This document shows, piece by piece, positions 23,703 through 24,000 of a DNA stretch of 24,000 nt. The translations under genes and the position numbers were made by a program. Position 1 is the first letter of the stretch. The number at the start of each line of letters is the position of its first letter. The notes below the pieces were generated by a model that saw only the letters and a program-made list of their open reading frames with translations, was not told the origin of the DNA and searched no databases. Source of the stretch: Lyngbya sp. PCC 8106 (GTDB lineage Bacteria; Cyanobacteriota; Cyanobacteriia; Cyanobacteriales; Microcoleaceae); the NCBI RefSeq assembly GCF_000169095.1, contig NZ_AAVU01000034.1, forward strand, positions 54,694-78,693. The letters are read 5' to 3'.

Positions 23703-23760
23703 GCAACGAACGTCTGGAGTACGTCACTACAGTTAAACCTTAAGTCCTCAACCCATACGA
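23560..23760 (+). ncRNA. Predicted omega-RNA of the IS605-type element
   Basis: Call by analogy only. The 3' end of tnpB plus the hairpin at 23684-23717 is the expected location. Boundaries are guessed. Confidence 0.25.
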
Positions 23761-23766
23761 ACACTC

Positions 23767-24000
23767 ATGGTATTTTTTCTCAGTGATGGAGGAGCGGGTT
23801 TAATTAACTTTGGTGGCATTAATCCACCTGATCGTGAGACAGTCGTTAATAGCATCGTTGTTCCTCCAATTGTACCGAACGTTCCGCTTGCGGGAGAAGA
23901 CGTATTTTTCGAGTTTGAAGAAATTGGGAATATTCCATTAATTGCACCCGAAGGCGGATTTACACTTCGTCCAATTGTACCTGTGACTCGGAATCCCGGA
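23767..24000 (+). CDS. Open reading frame running off the window (78 codons seen), unknown product
   Basis: ATG at 23767 with no stop before the window end: MVFFLSDGGAGLINFGGINPPDRETVV...PIVPVTRNPG. No motif recognised. Could be the start of a gene or chance openness. Confidence 0.25.
   Translation, partial: MVFFLSDGGAGLINFGGINPPDRETVVNSIVVPPIVPNVPLAGEDVFFEFEEIGNIPLIAPEGGFTLRPIVPVTRNPG

Larger units (their letters stand above)
21905..23720 (+). mobile_element. IS605-type insertion sequence with divergent tnpA and tnpB; ends approximate
   Basis: tnpA (minus strand) and tnpB (plus strand) start codons are 54 bp apart. Hairpin GTCGGG-aaggatag-CCCGAC at 21917-21936 lies beyond the tnpA 3' end. 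A bulged ~14-bp hairpin at 23684-23717 spans the tnpB stop codon. Confidence 0.6.

Overview
This window looks like a cyanobacterial chromosome, probably from a filamentous species. Evidence: 11 exact HIP1 palindromes (GCGATCGC), STRR-like tandem heptamers and octamers, and the gene content. Layout: (1) 1-618, the 3' end of a photolyase/cryptochrome gene. (2) 652-6883, a tight four-gene minus-strand cassette: a 520-aa unknown (VMAP-like) protein, a MoxR-type AAA+ ATPase, an 894-aa fusion (SAV_2336-type N-terminus, vWA-like domain, FGE-sulfatase domain) and a stand-alone FGE-sulfatase paralogue. I rank this cassette as the most interesting object. It fits the computationally predicted, experimentally unexplored vWA-MoxR-VMAP class of conflict systems, but it has no recognisable effector domain. 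(3) 7100-8900, a visibly AT-rich islet with a small secreted-peptide ORF and two HTH-type proteins. (4) 9080-15173, ordinary-looking genes: NmrA-like reductase, YugP-like Zn peptidase, a membrane Ser/Thr kinase, and an exported TPR-CHAT protease convergent with the kinase. (5) 16000-18734, mobile-DNA debris: an orphan excisionase-like HTH gene, an inverted-repeat-bounded GC-rich segment, a solo TnpB element, tRNA-Pro(UGG), and a 30-nt inverted copy of the tRNA 3' end that abuts the TnpB right end. (6) 18840-19270, a repeat-rich structured spacer. (7) A GNAT acetyltransferase gene, a tandem-ACT protein gene, a perfect-period 173-bp tandem duplication covering the promoter and first 19 codons of an alpha/beta hydrolase gene, then the hydrolase gene itself. 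(8) A complete IS605-type element (divergent tnpA/tnpB), followed by an open frame that runs off the window. No rRNA genes or CRISPR arrays were seen. All family assignments come from motif reading by eye; no searches were run.
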